From Botryllus schlosseri (lineage: Eukaryota): DNA of 64,000 bases. A program made the translations under genes and the position numbers. The DNA lies in assembly GCA_051294905.1 (NCBI GenBank), contig CM119371.1, positions 14,076,001 to 14,140,000 of the forward strand, written 5' to 3'. The notes under the pieces are model-generated. The model worked only from the letters and a program-made list of their open reading frames with translations, was not told the origin of the DNA and did not search any database. Of the stretch, positions 62,135 to 64,000 are shown in pieces (the stretch's first letter is position 1; every line of letters starts with the position of its first letter).

Positions 62135-62985
62135 CTACGAGTCGACTTTAATCAAAATACAGCAGCCAAGACTGTGTCAACAAAAGGAGTTCCAGTACCA
62201 TCTAAAATAGTACATTGAACGCTCTCTTATTCGAAATTTCATACTGGTGACGTCATATTTTGTGATACGATTGTTAATTTTCAATGTTCTTTCCAATTCT
62301 ATACTATAGTTGCTGACGATTACCCCTGAGGAGTGTCAGCCGGAAATTTTAGCGTTCACGTTAGTTTTCACTGTGTCGTAACACTTATTGACCGCGGAAA
62401 TCAATTGTTTTTCAAATGGTGGAAATAGGACCGATTCAAGGTAGATGGATATAAACATCTTTAGTTGTTCGTTCGGTGAGCTCTGTTGACTTTTTTTGCG
62501 TTGAATTGCGTTAATTTCCTCTCTATGTCGCGGTTGATAACGTGTTCAGGGCAACCGTTATCAATTAAGATTTTGCGGATGTTGTCAAGTTCTGAACTCA
62601 GTTTGTTACCCGAACATATCATCAACGCTATGCACAAGGGGGGCCATGAGGTTGGTTTTTCTGTGTCGAGGACTAAATTTATTCCAACAAAGGTATTGGC
62701 ATGTGAATGACGGTTTCCTGAAGACCCATGTTTCAAATTGGTTGATATTGTGCTTTTCGACTACAACGTCCAAGAATGATAATGAGTTATTTTATTGCGT
62801 TCTTCTTCGATTGTGAATCGCAGGGCCGGGTGAAGCGAGTTTGAGCGAATGAGAAATTGATCACACTCCGACTCATTCCTCAATATGGCAAAATTATTAT
62901 ATACATATCGGCGGCTCGAAAATGATTCGATGGACTCACGCTGCGAGAGAAGCTCCTATCCATCGACTAATATGTTGGAATCTAT
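62135..62985 (-). mobile_element. Penelope-like element remnant: RT/thumb on the - strand joined to an inverted 3' end/pseudo-LTR (62135-62350, +)
   Basis: NSLHPALRFTIEEE, LSFLDVVV, VFRKPSFTCQYL and ALMICS..KLSSELDNIRKILIDNG. The + segment is homologous to 44120-44330. Confidence 0.85.
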
Positions 62986-63356
62986 TTTTTTAGAGAAGAA
63001 ACACGGCTCATCTCTGGTTTCATATCCTGGGTAAAAAACAACAATTGGCTCCTATACCATTCATGATAAGAATGAAGCTAATGCATTTTTGTAAGTATAG
63101 GCCCAACCCATATTAGGCATTTCACCGATTGCAGTATAGGTTGAATTTGATCATGCTTCTTATGATATAAGAGCAGTTCCGAAATCGACTACGAATTTCG
63201 AAATCAAATCGGGTATAATGCTGAATTACAACTGATAGCATTTTTGATACTATAATATAACTAGAATGATGACACATGGCTATTGTTCATTGTAATGCCG
63301 CACGCAATGGGCAATGTATTGAACAAGAAAAAGATCCAAGCACTGGAAAACAATGG

Positions 63357-63687
63357 TCAATTTGAAAGCTTGATATACTTGACATACGACGCGCAGCACG
63401 CCTCCATGTCGCCAGCACTGCGTTTGGTAGGTTGCGCCTCATTCGCGGGGATTTCAAGCTCGCACAGCTCAACAGTTTTAACATCAGTGCCCAACACGCC
63501 GCCAAATATATACAGCTTGTCGGAAAGGTGGACTTTGACATGTCGACATTGTATCTCAAAATTGCTTAAAATCTGCCATTGCCTCGTCTGGTCGTTAAGG
63601 ATTTCGACTGTACTGTACACGTTACACCTCCGAGAGCGTACAGAAATTTCTTGTACCAAATGCCTGCCCCGTACCAGACTTGGACAA
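63357..63687 (-). CDS. Kelch-repeat protein, terminal exon
   Basis: STVEILNDQTRQWQIL and KLYIFGG..TVE Kelch blade motifs; acceptor tttatAG at 63688-63689. Confidence 0.7.
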
Positions 63688-63701
63688 CTATAAAATTTTC
63701 A

Positions 63702-63900
63702 GCTTTTCCAAATTAGATTAGAATTAGAATTAGTGCTACACATTTTTTTCCAAATTAGATTGGAATTAGAATTAGAGGTACACAATTTTTCCAAATTAGA
63801 TTAGAATTAGAATTATAGCTATACAATTTTTCCAAACTAGATTAGAATTAGAATTAGAGCTACACAGCCTTTTCGAAATTAGATTAGAATTAGAATTACT
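63702..63900. repeat. Minisatellite of about 41-43 bp, five copies
   Basis: Unit ttttccaaattagattagaattagaattag(a/t)gctacaca. Confidence 0.9.
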
Positions 63901-64000
63901 GAATTCACAAAAAACTTGGAAATATAATGAAATTGTGAATGAGAAATAAATAGGCTACTGCAAAAACCAAGTTCAGTTCATATCGAATCACAATGCGTTC

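Noticed and set aside
63702..63900. TTAGA-rich repeat as telomeric sequence
   Set aside because: Higher-order unit of about 42 bp, no TTAGG(G) runs, and an intronic position.

Overview
Eukaryotic (animal, probably marine invertebrate) genomic DNA, rich in introns and very dense in transposons. No prokaryotic operons, rRNA or CRISPR arrays are visible. Host genes: exons of an ERI2-type DEDDh exoribonuclease (+, 9.6-16.4 kb); a fragmentary, TE-riddled class C (mGluR-like) GPCR gene (+, about 18-45 kb); a small secreted Cys/Tyr-rich protein gene (-, about 58 kb); a Kelch-repeat terminal exon (-, 63.4-63.7 kb); and an unrecognised exon (+, 663-1213) encoding a C2H2-like finger, a basic NLS and an exact histone H3 K4-S10 sequence (KQTARKS). 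The centre holds a Ty3/gypsy-type LTR element (22704-37422) that encodes only Gag, protease and a long basic tail, with a clear -1 frameshift signal. It is interrupted by an intact ZMYM1-like hAT transposon and a Galileo-like long-TIR element with further nested MITEs. Also present: a decayed hATm element, Penelope-like retroelement pieces carrying a minimal type I hammerhead ribozyme, a tRNA-derived SINE family, a compound (two-MITE) transposon and many TSD-bounded hAT MITEs. All calls come from reading the sequence by eye; no searches were run.
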